Of a DNA stretch of 64,000 bases, positions 27,658 to 37,873 are shown in pieces. The stretch covers positions 1 through 64,000 of the IMG/VR virus record IMGVR_UViG_3300033997_000136; one strand, written 5' to 3'. The notes beneath the pieces were generated by a model. It was not told where the DNA came from. It was given only the letters and a program-made list of their open reading frames with translations, and did not search any database. Both the position numbers and the translations under genes were made by a program. Position 1 is the first letter of the stretch. Each line of letters starts with the position of its first letter.

Positions 27658-29376
27658 TTAATGAAGCGTGTGTTGACGTTCAAACTCTTTACACAACATA
27701 TCAAACGTAGGCGCACCTAACACTGAACAACAAATCTGTACTGCATTCATTGTCCCTGCTGTTAAGTTAACACCTGCTGCACGTCTGGTTTCTTCAGATA
27801 CACCTTGTATCTTTGAAATCTCCCCACGTGTAGTTGACTTGGATGCATTCATCGTGTCTTCTCCGGTAGGATAAGCACCGGTTACATCCAAATCATAGTT
27901 TGCTACCGAAATCCCCGTTCTGTAATTAGGAAGCTCTTCAATACAACGCAAACCATTGATGACTTTGTTGTGCGTAGCTAATGTTACAATCCATCCATCG
28001 ATGTGTGAAACCATTTTATCAAATTTAGATTCAATAGTCTTTGGTGTCGATGCAATGACATACCCATGTTGCAAACAGAAGAAGTGTAACTTGTCACATG
28101 TTCTTCTAGGTTGCTTAGAGAAGTTTGCATAATCACTAAATCCGCACTGAGAATAGATGGTACTCGCTAAGTCCATAATCTTAGGTTGTTCATCCAGTAT
28201 CTCAGCACGCACACAGTCGGCGATGTTATATACACCATACTCTACTTTAAACTTAGCCTGCATGACCATGTGACGACGTAAACCTTCTACATCTTCACCC
28301 ACATCGACATGAAGCTTTTCAGTCTTCGTGTATTTTTTAAGTAATGCATCTAACGACATAGAGGGTTCTTTACCATCCCCTAAACGCACACGTCTGAAAC
28401 AACACGCTTGGTCTAACGTATACCACGTGGCTGGTGCAATCAACGTATGCCATTGGTCATACCAATCCAAAGACGTCTCATCCCCTGCAGCAGTTTTCTT
28501 AATTCGCTGACCTTCTTGGTAGTATGCGTATTTAAACTCTTGAGGAACATCTGGGTCTGACATAATCTCATGTTCATTACCCCCATACTTACGTATCGTT
28601 TTCATAATCTCAACGATATCGAAGTCGATGTTAAAGATAGCGATAACATCAGGCATCCATTGATGTGCTTCTTTATAAATGAGTTCAATTGCATGGAGTG
28701 GACTATTTGCCACATCACACACAATCTTAATCCCGCGAGAGTCTAACTGGTCACCCATAAGTTCACGTGCTTTTTGCTGAAGTCGTTCAGGGTAATCTTT
28801 CATCCCATCTAAGAACTGTTTAGTCACCACATGGTACACACGCTCTTTCATGGTAATAGATATCATGATAGGGTCTTTTGTACCCTTATTTACATCCGTT
28901 TCGATATCCAATAAACATACACTGTTTCTTGATACACAGTTTGGCCACGTCTTCATGTACCACTGCTTAATAATTGCAGTTGGTGTGATATCCGTTCCGT
29001 ATAAATACGGATTCATGGCTATCTCTTTCATGTTTAACGTAGGACTATGTATGTTCAGTGCTTTCTTTGCAGCATATGGAAGTTCAGCCTGTGTGCAAGT
29101 AAAACGCATTAGACGTTCTACTTTTTCCCAATCTTTCTTTTCCTGATGTTTTCTAAAGCCTTCTTTAGTCACCCAGAAAGGACGTTTAAAATTAATCACC
29201 CATCGTTTATGCGGTATCTTGCGACCATCTTTTAAATGCACAACTTCTTTAATGAAAATAAGGTCGTCACGAATACCATCTGCACGTTTATAATTACTGG
29301 TTACGTAAACTGCATGTTTACATTCATACCCTAAAATATCTTCTTCCGATATTCCAGATGGAGGTGTTAATTTCAT
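27658..29376 (-). CDS. polB: Split family-B DNA polymerase, exonuclease/N-terminal subunit (phiKZ gp82-like)
   Basis: ExoI LLDIETD, ExoII FNIDFD, ExoIII YNIADC, pol motif A YDLDVTGAYP. The YGDTD-type motif C is absent, consistent with a split enzyme. Confidence 0.88.
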   Translation of the reverse strand: MKLTPPSGISEEDILGYECKHAVYVTSNYKRADGIRDDLIFIKEVVHLKDGRKIPHKRWVINFKRPFWVTKEGFRKHQEKKDWEKVERLMRFTCTQAELPYAAKKALNIHSPTLNMKEIAMNPYLYGTDITPTAIIKQWYMKTWPNCVSRNSVCLLDIETDVNKGTKDPIMISITMKERVYHVVTKQFLDGMKDYPERLQQKARELMGDQLDSRGIKIVCDVANSPLHAIELIYKEAHQWMPDVIAIFNIDFDIVEIMKTIRKYGGNEHEIMSDPDVPQEFKYAYYQEGQRIKKTAAGDETSLDWYDQWHTLIAPATWYTLDQACCFRRVRLGDGKEPSMSLDALLKKYTKTEKLHVDVGEDVEGLRRHMVMQAKFKVEYGVYNIADCVRAEILDEQPKIMDLASTIYSQCGFSDYANFSKQPRRTCDKLHFFCLQHGYVIASTPKTIESKFDKMVSHIDGWIVTLATHNKVINGLRCIEELPNYRTGISVANYDLDVTGAYPTGEDTMNASKSTTRGEISKIQGVSEETRRAAGVNLTAGTMNAVQICCSVLGAPTFDMLCKEFERQHTLH

Positions 29377-29420
29377 TGCCTAACTCCAAGATATCAAACT
29401 CTATCGTAAGATAAGTATCC

Positions 29421-29424
29421 TATG
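29421..29424 (+). promoter_or_regulatory. Putative late promoter core TATG
   Basis: cctatgtaaa about 25 nt upstream of the first structural gene of the operon. Confidence 0.4.
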
Positions 29425-29449
29425 TAAATAAACCCTCAAATATCGCAGG

Positions 29450-30757
29450 ATGTCGATTATGACCAGCCTTTTTCAGCAAGCGTTTTCATCAGATTTAACG
29501 CTTCAAAACCTTCGTTATCAACCTAACCGTGATTTCTTCATTGCACTTACTGCTTGTTTTAAAACAATGAAAGAGATGGTGAGTAAAAAGTCATCTGTCA
29601 ATGAAGATGCGTTAAGCGTCGGTAGTAATATCGAAAAGGTTGTGTTTGATTATACAGGGATGCAGATTGATTTTAAATCTTCAGAAATGTATGGTTATAA
29701 CGCCTATGTTATCCCTGCTGACTTAGACAAAAATAATGTGTTATTAGCAGGACGTAACCCAGAATGGTGGGCGACTTCTAAAGAAGCAAAGAAGCATCTG
29801 AAAAAAGCAGATGAACAACCAGTCATTGGTGTTGTCAACACATCTACAGGAAAAGTATCAGGTGTGTACAGTCAAGTAACCGCTGAAGTATTTATTGCTA
29901 AACAAATTTTAGCGGATGAACGATTCACTCCTGAACTTTGTGCTGCTATCTTTGCGCATGAGTTAGGACACAACTTCACGTACTTCCTTTACATGGGTCG
30001 AGTGTTAACTGCATCTCACGTCATGGCTCAATTAAGTTCTGCGTTTAAAGAAATAGATTCAGAACAAGAACGTGCTGAGTTTATTCTTGCAGCAGCTAAA
30101 AAGTTAGATGTTGAAGTAGATGTGTCGGGGCTTGCTAAGTACGATGATGTGTCTATTACACAAACAGTGCTTATTACTCAATACCAGCGACAAGTGTGTA
30201 GTGCAACAAATACAGAGTTCCATGATGAACGGACATGGGAAGCGTTAGCTGACCAGTATGTATCTCGTTTAGGTGCTCCTGTTGAGCTTGCAAAAGGCTT
30301 AGACCTTATTATGCGTATGTACGGTGACCCATCCTACCGCACAACGTTTAAACACATTATGTTAGAAACTGTAGCTGTGACGGCAGTCACGTTGCTAACT
30401 GCTGGAATTTTACCGCTATTACTTATCATAGTGGGAGTTACAGGTGGTCGTTCAACTGAACTGTACGACAGCACACCAAAACGATTTGAACGTATTCGTT
30501 TAGATATTGTTCAACAGTTAAAGCAAAAGAAACTACCAGCCGAATTACGCGAACGTCTGCTCAATGAATTAAAAGACATGGATAAACTTATGTCTGCTGT
30601 CACTGAAAGACAACATGCGTTTGATGCGATGTTTGAGTTCTTCTCAAGCAATACCCGCAGAGGTAGAGCGCGTGCTGGAGTCATTCAAGACCTTGAGAAG
30701 CTTGCAAACAATGAACTGTTTGCGTTTCATCACAGGTTCAATCAATTAAATAAATAA
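29450..30757 (+). CDS. Virion protein with zinc metallopeptidase motif (phiKZ gp83-like)
   Basis: FAHELGH (HExxH), downstream EALADQY, hydrophobic hairpin at about aa 305-331, N-terminal TLQ|N. Confidence 0.75.
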   Translation: MSIMTSLFQQAFSSDLTLQNLRYQPNRDFFIALTACFKTMKEMVSKKSSVNEDALSVGSNIEKVVFDYTGMQIDFKSSEMYGYNAYVIPADLDKNNVLLAGRNPEWWATSKEAKKHLKKADEQPVIGVVNTSTGKVSGVYSQVTAEVFIAKQILADERFTPELCAAIFAHELGHNFTYFLYMGRVLTASHVMAQLSSAFKEIDSEQERAEFILAAAKKLDVEVDVSGLAKYDDVSITQTVLITQYQRQVCSATNTEFHDERTWEALADQYVSRLGAPVELAKGLDLIMRMYGDPSYRTTFKHIMLETVAVTAVTLLTAGILPLLLIIVGVTGGRSTELYDSTPKRFERIRLDIVQQLKQKKLPAELRERLLNELKDMDKLMSAVTERQHAFDAMFEFFSSNTRRGRARAGVIQDLEKLANNELFAFHHRFNQLNK

Positions 30758-30768
30758 AAGGGTTTGTT

Positions 30769-31227
30769 ATGAAACAACGTGAAATTGTAGGTGCTATTAA
30801 CTCATTAGTGAGTGCAGCAAAACAAAACATGGGTCAAGACTTTGACGCTAAAAGTGCAGTAACTGGTTTCGTAGCACACTACGTCTCTATTCAGTTGGCG
30901 TTACCCACTGAAGCTGTAGGTAATCCGAAAGATTACTATATCCAAAACGTATTTATGCGTGCTGTGGATATGCTTGGTAAAATCAACGAGTGCTATGCAA
31001 TCAACATCAATGCTGCTCGCGACTGCGTGTACAACATGTGGTTATTACGTTACAGCATCGTCCATCAACCGTTTTCAAATGAAGGTCTTGCTGCAATGAC
31101 CTCTGCATTACAGGAATCGCCATTGACTGTTGCAGACGCATATACTGCGGTAGCCAAGTCATGTGGTAATCAGTACGTGTCTTATTTGAAGTTTGCGTTA
31201 GACCAAGCTGCTGAACTGCATCAGTAA
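30769..31227 (+). CDS. Small virion protein (phiKZ gp84-like)
   Basis: 152 aa directly after the gp83-like gene. Confidence 0.6.
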   Translation: MKQREIVGAINSLVSAAKQNMGQDFDAKSAVTGFVAHYVSIQLALPTEAVGNPKDYYIQNVFMRAVDMLGKINECYAININAARDCVYNMWLLRYSIVHQPFSNEGLAAMTSALQESPLTVADAYTAVAKSCGNQYVSYLKFALDQAAELHQ

Positions 31228-31239
31228 TTTTATCTATAC

Positions 31240-31272
31240 AGAGAAGTGGGGTTCCACTTCTCTTATTTTTTG
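31240..31272 (+). terminator. Intrinsic terminator
   Basis: agagaagtgg-ggtt-ccacttctct then tattttttg. Confidence 0.75.
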
Positions 31273-31294
31273 TTTTTGAAAATAGGTAACCACT

Positions 31295-33883
31295 ATGATT
31301 TATCTTCGTCAAGCTTTTACTCAACAAAACCATTTACCCGATGAAGCGGAGTATCTGGATGAAATGTTTCCATCTGACGATTTACTGCATCATGCGGATG
31401 AAATTAAAGACTTGGTTGCTGAGACTATCACCCCTGATGAATTCACAACAAAGGTTCCCGGTGTTTATCGTGTCAGTGTTGAAGACGGTGACATCACACT
31501 TCAAGCAGATTGGGGTCGTATCTTAGCGATTGGTGTATTGATTGCTGGTGCGATTGCAATTGCAATTGGTATCATGCGTTCTCGCGAAGAAAGAAGCCGT
31601 GCAGAAGCATTAGAAAATGCAATTAATAAAACTGCTGATGAATTGAATAACATGTTCAAGGACTTAGGTACACAATACCACATGCAGGAGAGTGAACTTA
31701 AGGCGGCAATGGAAACCACAAACGATGCTTTAAATGCTGCGTTTAAACGTGCTACAGCAACACAAGGTGATGCGTACATTACGTATGTCAGAACATTAGA
31801 AAAAGGGAACTCGTTTAATGGTGTGATTAGTGATGTTAACACCAAAATTAGACAAGGTCTTGAAACCGTAAAGAAAACGCTTGACAAACAAGCACAAGCA
31901 AGTAGTGTATCTCAATTAGATGCATTAAAATCAGCCGAGAAGACGTTAGAAGATTATCGTCAAAAGCTGTTTGCGCATCAAGCGTGGCCTGAAGGCAATA
32001 CTCAAACTACAGATGATTTTAAATCGTTCTTAAAGAAAGCAATGACTGACCCATTGGTTCGTCGTTATTTGTTAGGAATGGATTTAAACTCATTAGTAAA
32101 ACCGCTGAGTTTATTTGACCAGGGTGATTCTAAGCAAATCAAAAAGTTACTTGACGATTGCGATATTACCTTAAAACGAATGAAGGATAAGAAAGTCGCA
32201 GATGGTGTGATGGACGACTTCAGAGAAACTAAAGACGCAATGACTCGTGTAACAGCACTGTGTTCTGAGCTTCAAAAGTTCCGTGATTTACACGTTAATG
32301 CGCTTATTGCGCTTGTAACTCAAATGGGTCGTGAAAAGAAAGACGCTTTACGTACCCAAGCGCAAATCATTCAATACGGTACACAGTTAGCCAAAGCGCA
32401 GACTCCAGAACAGCGTCAGGAAATGTTAGACGCTTTAAAGGGTCGTGAGTTATCTGAACTGTCTGATGATGAATTTGCAGAGATGGTGAAAAAGTATGCT
32501 GCGTTTCGTATCCGTAAAGACGGTACGATGCAGTCTGAACATCCAGAAGCCTCATTGCAAAGTACACGCACTGGGTTCTTTTATGACCCAGATACAAGTG
32601 TTGGTTCGATGTTAAATGACGCTCAAGCGTTTGATGAACTAGGTTCTGAAGAGCAGTTAAATATTGCTGATGCGCAAAGTAAATCAGAAATTGCGTGTAA
32701 CCATTTAACTCATTTAGAAGCGATTGTTCAAAGTGCGTTTGAAAAAGGTACAGTGTGTCGTCAAACGGTTGAATTGTTAACTGAAACTCACGGTGCATTC
32801 TTACCACCTTCTTACCCAGCAAAATCGTTTACGCTTCAGGAAACTGAACAAAACATTGATGTATTTAAAGAAGCAACCCTTCTGAAAAAGAACTCAGTGT
32901 TGACGGCTCTCATGGGTACAACGGCGTCGATGTTAGGTGCTATTCAATCGTACATGACAAAGAATCAATACGAGCCTTTGTTAAATGCCATTGAAGATTT
33001 AAACAATCAATGTACCGATGCCTTGGGTAGTGTTGTGGATTATGAAGTTGTTGCGGCGACACTGTTTACTCAATTCAATGGAATGTTTGAGAAATCAGCA
33101 GTGGCTAAATCCGTGTTCTCAACGTACCACCCTATGGCAAGTACCGCATACACAGGTAAACTGTTATCTGCTCGTGAAAAAGTGGTGGATGCACTCAAAG
33201 ACTTAATTGAAGTTGGTGAAGATTTGATTAAGTTAGCAGAAGGAATTGATTCAGGTAAATACCTGAAGAATGTTCCACTGTTAGATATTCCTAACAGTAC
33301 GCGTGAAGTGGGTAACTTATCACTGGTTCGTGAAAAGGATGCGGGATTTGTTGAAGAGCTAATCGACGTTCGTGACGACTTTGGTGATATCGACACCAGT
33401 TCATTAGAATCTGATGTGACTGCGTTAGATGTACATCTTCCGTTTAACAACACAGAATTGTCTATAGTTCGTGAACAGCTAATGACTGATGTTCTGCCGT
33501 ACGAAGAGTGGGCTGAATATGTGATGGCAAGTTTAACGTTAGATGTGATGATGCCTCGTCGTTTAGTCGACAGCGGTACGTTACAACAATCTGACTACTT
33601 AAATGAAGTAATCACAAAGTTAAACGATTTAGCGTTCAAAGGGAAAAAACCTCACTACGCACTTGCAAACGACATCCATGATTTTAGCTTAAAAGCAAAA
33701 GAGTTATCTATCTTCTGTGTTAAGTTAGAGAACCATGTGAAAGTTGCTTTAACGGTGTACACGAAGCTTATTAATACAAAAGCTTCTGTAGTAGATGTGC
33801 TTTACAAAGAAAAGGACAATTCAATTAAAGCACTTGACGTAAGAACCTTAGCAACACTTGTAAAAGCTGTGATTAACAAATAG
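31295..33883 (+). CDS. Large internal head/ejection protein, apparent two-unit polyprotein
   Basis: 862 aa; propeptide-like N-terminus (TQQ|N, TLQ|A) then a TM segment; second propeptide-like unit from M412 (TMQ|S, SLQ|S, PAKSFT motif). Confidence 0.7.
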   Translation: MIYLRQAFTQQNHLPDEAEYLDEMFPSDDLLHHADEIKDLVAETITPDEFTTKVPGVYRVSVEDGDITLQADWGRILAIGVLIAGAIAIAIGIMRSREERSRAEALENAINKTADELNNMFKDLGTQYHMQESELKAAMETTNDALNAAFKRATATQGDAYITYVRTLEKGNSFNGVISDVNTKIRQGLETVKKTLDKQAQASSVSQLDALKSAEKTLEDYRQKLFAHQAWPEGNTQTTDDFKSFLKKAMTDPLVRRYLLGMDLNSLVKPLSLFDQGDSKQIKKLLDDCDITLKRMKDKKVADGVMDDFRETKDAMTRVTALCSELQKFRDLHVNALIALVTQMGREKKDALRTQAQIIQYGTQLAKAQTPEQRQEMLDALKGRELSELSDDEFAEMVKKYAAFRIRKDGTMQSEHPEASLQSTRTGFFYDPDTSVGSMLNDAQAFDELGSEEQLNIADAQSKSEIACNHLTHLEAIVQSAFEKGTVCRQTVELLTETHGAFLPPSYPAKSFTLQETEQNIDVFKEATLLKKNSVLTALMGTTASMLGAIQSYMTKNQYEPLLNAIEDLNNQCTDALGSVVDYEVVAATLFTQFNGMFEKSAVAKSVFSTYHPMASTAYTGKLLSAREKVVDALKDLIEVGEDLIKLAEGIDSGKYLKNVPLLDIPNSTREVGNLSLVREKDAGFVEELIDVRDDFGDIDTSSLESDVTALDVHLPFNNTELSIVREQLMTDVLPYEEWAEYVMASLTLDVMMPRRLVDSGTLQQSDYLNEVITKLNDLAFKGKKPHYALANDIHDFSLKAKELSIFCVKLENHVKVALTVYTKLINTKASVVDVLYKEKDNSIKALDVRTLATLVKAVINK

Positions 33884-33888
33884 AAATA

Positions 33889-33919
33889 AAGAGAAGGGTG
33901 GCAATGCCACCCTTCTCTT
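33889..33919. terminator. Bidirectional terminator hairpin
   Basis: aagagaagggtggc-aat-gccacccttctctt between converging genes. Confidence 0.75.
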
Positions 33920-33921
33920 CT

Positions 33922-36867
33922 CTATACGTTGATTTGTTCTTGATGTGGTAAGAACTCAACAATCACACCATCGATAATACTAATCGTACCATCACCTAAT
34001 AAGGTTAGTGATTTTGCTAAGTTAATCTTACTATCAACATCGACAACAGTGACAATCTCAAAGTTGTTATCTGCACCACCTAAACCTGTAACCAAAACAT
34101 CGATAATCTCTGTTGTGGTTCCATTTCTTATTTCAGACACAATGTCGTTGATACGAATTGTTGTCTGTTGTAAGACCTTGGCGATTGCAGTACGAGCTAA
34201 TCGAGCTAATGGTTCACGCAAATCAAGATTCTTTAAATTCTCTTCTGTTAAGTAAAACGCAACAGAGAAGTTTTGTCGAGAATCAATCGTTGTAATGACA
34301 CCTTCTTTTACTCGAACACGCACATCACCGGCTGTGGTTTTTGGTGTATACCAAAGCTTCGTGTTTTCTAACAAATCTCGATTGTAACGAGGTATCTCAG
34401 ATGTGACCCACGCAACAAGTGTGTTGATAGAATCATCACGGTACAAGTTTGCAGCAGCATCCGTTGTAATCGTAAACAATCCTTCAAACAACACGACGTC
34501 CACTTGAACCATCATGCTACGAGAATGTTCATAAACAATATCACCGTTATCATCGTACTTGATATCACCAATCTCGTGTTCAAAGATAACGTGACCATTC
34601 TCATCCAACATCACATCGCCTTGATTGTGTTTTATTTGTCGACTGAGCTTTTGCGTAGCCGCATCGTAATACACAATATCAAAACCACGTTCATCGGTGA
34701 CATAAACCGTCCTATCCCATACCTTCGGAATATTCTCAGTATAACGTCGAGGTTCGCCACTACCCACAACAACACGACTACGATTCCACAGGTAATCCAG
34801 ATAACGACCAAATTGTATTGTCAGACGTTCCTGCACAACACCATACGCAGTTTCAGGGAGTAAGAAATACTTAGAGATTGTATCAATCTCTGAACGCGTC
34901 ATTCCTGTCACATTGTAATCACTGACACTGAATATCAGTTCAAACGAGGTGATAAGTTCAGCTAAGAAATTTCTATCCGCAGTATCTGCCATAAAGAAGT
35001 TCTTTACAGCAAGTTGATGTGTGGTGTTGATATCAAAATCAGTAACGACTCTAAATTCATACACACGTTCACCTTCCGCTGTTTTAGCAAGAAGCGTACC
35101 ATTTACGCCAGCGTACGATACATCGTTGCGCGGTTTAAATAATAACTGTGCATGGACTTGAGTATCCGCCATTGCTTTGACTATATCGCCAGAGATGGTA
35201 GCAACCACTAAGCGATAACCGTATGCCGTTTTCTCAATAGCCAGCGCACCAGATGCTAGTTGAAGTTGTAATGTTTCATTTTGTTGAATGAACTCACGAC
35301 GAACAACAGATGGTTTGTCCATGTAGTACGCACGACTGGTAAATTCGTTATCTGTTAAATCAAGAACCATGTGAAATGGATTGTAGTAATAATCTTTCGT
35401 TGAGTATTCATTGATAAGACTATCACCTTGCAACTGAGAAAGTCGGTCTATTTCAAACTGACTGACTAAACGAAGCACACCATCTTCTATGGTAAACAAA
35501 CTTCCTGATTTCATAACTAGCTTCTCACCCACGTCAATCACCGTAGGAGCACTTGCAATCGTCTCATACGTCGCTTGAAGCGTTTTAGCAACCACACCCA
35601 TAGGTGAGTTCACAATCGTCGAAGCAGGAGCAGGGAGCGCCTTTGTAGCTAAGAATATACGGTTTGTTAAATTATCTACATGACGAATCAGTTGATAATC
35701 ACGTTCCGCTAAATCCAATTCCAACTGTTTAAAGGATTTCTTCTCAGAGTTACCCACAGCACCGTATATCACTTGCTCGCGAAGCTCTTCAAAGGTTAAA
35801 CCGTTTGTACCACCTGTTAATATCGAATCAGAGAAATACGTCTTTGTTGGAATAGCTCGCCATGCATTGACGTAATTGTTGCCAAGTGCACTTAAATCAT
35901 TCCATGTGACATCAAACATACCAGGGCTGTAACGTTGTAAGTTAACGGTCACATCACCTAGCGTCGTATAAATGTCAACACGAATGTTACTCTTCACCAA
36001 CCCTTTCGTTAGATACACCTGAGGGATACGAACGTTAAGTTGACCTTCAAGTACACGAAGCACTGCAGTCACTCGGTTTTCATCATACACTTGGTCTGAA
36101 TGCGTCGTGTACATCTCAACCCACTCATCTGTATTGGTCCGATGGTAGACTCGTGCGTAGAAGAATTTATCAACCAACGTATAGGTTTTATTAAACCCTG
36201 TTGAAAGATTCATTTGGTCTGAAAAAGACGCATTGTTAAATTGCAGCAGTGGAATTTGAATGGCAATAATTTCTTGACCAACAAACGCAGTCATTGCTTC
36301 GGGTGCAATAAACGTGTAACTGTCTACAATGTTACTTTCGAGCGTTTGAATAGGCGATGGCTTCTCATTGTCATACATGACTTGAATAGCACCATGTGGC
36401 ATTACACGGATATCAATCGGGTATTGCAACGACAACACAATGTTGTCTACTCGAAAGAATGTATCTCGTGGTATGGTCACTTTACGAATACCACCATCAG
36501 CAATCGCCGCTTGTCGCACTTCTTGTGCTGGAACCATAATGGTAATAACCGTTTGACCTGGTGTGTCAAAACGGTCTTTGTAGTTTACATCACTCATGTG
36601 ACCATACAAGTCAGTCATGGTTTGAGATAAACTTGGATAGATGCGACGAGCAACGACTTCACCTCGCACAAGCGCAGCACAACTTGTCGCTGTAATCGCT
36701 TCAATACAAAATGGGAAAGGAGCTGCTGCTGATAAAACATCATATTCCGCATCAGACGGAGTTTGTGTGTTGTAGTGGTCAATAGCTCCATAAATCACAC
36801 GCTTTACAGCAGCAGGATTTGCACGCAAGTCAATACTTGCTTTAATAAGGTCAGCAACAGTTGTCAT
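33922..36867 (-). CDS. Large virion structural protein, baseplate-wedge-like (phiKZ gp87-like)
   Basis: About 980 aa; GGTNGLTFEELREQVI resembles wedge GG..E motifs; TAATG coupling with the upstream gene. Confidence 0.7.
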   Translation of the reverse strand: MTTVADLIKASIDLRANPAAVKRVIYGAIDHYNTQTPSDAEYDVLSAAAPFPFCIEAITATSCAALVRGEVVARRIYPSLSQTMTDLYGHMSDVNYKDRFDTPGQTVITIMVPAQEVRQAAIADGGIRKVTIPRDTFFRVDNIVLSLQYPIDIRVMPHGAIQVMYDNEKPSPIQTLESNIVDSYTFIAPEAMTAFVGQEIIAIQIPLLQFNNASFSDQMNLSTGFNKTYTLVDKFFYARVYHRTNTDEWVEMYTTHSDQVYDENRVTAVLRVLEGQLNVRIPQVYLTKGLVKSNIRVDIYTTLGDVTVNLQRYSPGMFDVTWNDLSALGNNYVNAWRAIPTKTYFSDSILTGGTNGLTFEELREQVIYGAVGNSEKKSFKQLELDLAERDYQLIRHVDNLTNRIFLATKALPAPASTIVNSPMGVVAKTLQATYETIASAPTVIDVGEKLVMKSGSLFTIEDGVLRLVSQFEIDRLSQLQGDSLINEYSTKDYYYNPFHMVLDLTDNEFTSRAYYMDKPSVVRREFIQQNETLQLQLASGALAIEKTAYGYRLVVATISGDIVKAMADTQVHAQLLFKPRNDVSYAGVNGTLLAKTAEGERVYEFRVVTDFDINTTHQLAVKNFFMADTADRNFLAELITSFELIFSVSDYNVTGMTRSEIDTISKYFLLPETAYGVVQERLTIQFGRYLDYLWNRSRVVVGSGEPRRYTENIPKVWDRTVYVTDERGFDIVYYDAATQKLSRQIKHNQGDVMLDENGHVIFEHEIGDIKYDDNGDIVYEHSRSMMVQVDVVLFEGLFTITTDAAANLYRDDSINTLVAWVTSEIPRYNRDLLENTKLWYTPKTTAGDVRVRVKEGVITTIDSRQNFSVAFYLTEENLKNLDLREPLARLARTAIAKVLQQTTIRINDIVSEIRNGTTTEIIDVLVTGLGGADNNFEIVTVVDVDSKINLAKSLTLLGDGTISIIDGVIVEFLPHQEQINV

Positions 36868-37844
36868 TATATCCACCACGTTATTTCACGAGTCACTAAG
36901 TCAATATGCGGATAACCACGCATACTCCCAGTTGTTGCTAATTCAAACGGAGTCATTTTACGATACGTTGCTTGACGAGAACCATCTCGCATTGCACCGT
37001 TAAACATACACACCGTTAAATTAAATTCTTCAAGCAATACAGGAACGTCATACTCCGCCCATAAACAATGGAATGGGATGGAGATTTGGTCCATGTTACG
37101 AATACCACCATCTTCACGGTTGTAATCCATAAACGCACCGGTGCTATCTGCCATTGGCACAGCACCAATCATGCAACCTATTTTAGATACATACCGTTTA
37201 TCTTCAGACAACACAATTCGCCAAATACGACCCCAGTAATCCATCTCACGAAGCATAGAGTGTTCTGGGTAAGGTGTCATGTCTCCTGTATACACTGCAC
37301 CTTGGTACGTCACCCAAGGAAGCATTAACTTACTTACTGGGTCACCACGTGTATTGGCAAAGTTCATGGTTAGCTGATACGTGCCATTTAGTTCAGCAAC
37401 GTCATCTGCCATAGACCACACTTCTTTACGAATCCCTTCTGGTGAAGTGTAATAGTTCATTGTCGCTTCAGGCCATCCGGTGCAGGAGATACATGTGTTG
37501 GTGATAATAGGAATAAAGGCTTGTTTGATGTCAAACAAATCACTCCCTATTTGTGCACCAATAATAGGGTCTAGCATACATCTTATAGCCCTGTATATCG
37601 ACTGTCGGTCGTCAGATAAAAGTGGCGTTAATTTTTGAACACCAGTGACATTGTCATGCGATAAATTCATACGAGGACGCGTTACCAACAACATCCCTTG
37701 CTCATCAGAGTTTTTTGGGAATAAAGTACCTACTCCTTGGTGGTCTAATCCCCAGAAAATATCTGTCAGTGCGGAATTGGGTCGACCAATGCCACTGGCG
37801 GAGACGATATCGTCTAGAATTGTTCTGTTGTCTACGTTACTCAT
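36867..37844 (-). CDS. Virion structural protein (phiKZ gp88-like, tube/baseplate-like)
   Basis: 325 aa; TRPRMNLS and GWP motifs; paired with gp87-like and divergent from gp89-like. Confidence 0.7.
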   Translation of the reverse strand: MSNVDNRTILDDIVSASGIGRPNSALTDIFWGLDHQGVGTLFPKNSDEQGMLLVTRPRMNLSHDNVTGVQKLTPLLSDDRQSIYRAIRCMLDPIIGAQIGSDLFDIKQAFIPIITNTCISCTGWPEATMNYYTSPEGIRKEVWSMADDVAELNGTYQLTMNFANTRGDPVSKLMLPWVTYQGAVYTGDMTPYPEHSMLREMDYWGRIWRIVLSEDKRYVSKIGCMIGAVPMADSTGAFMDYNREDGGIRNMDQISIPFHCLWAEYDVPVLLEEFNLTVCMFNGAMRDGSRQATYRKMTPFELATTGSMRGYPHIDLVTREITWWI

Positions 37845-37873
37845 TTATTTTTTAACCTCATATGGAGTCTGTG

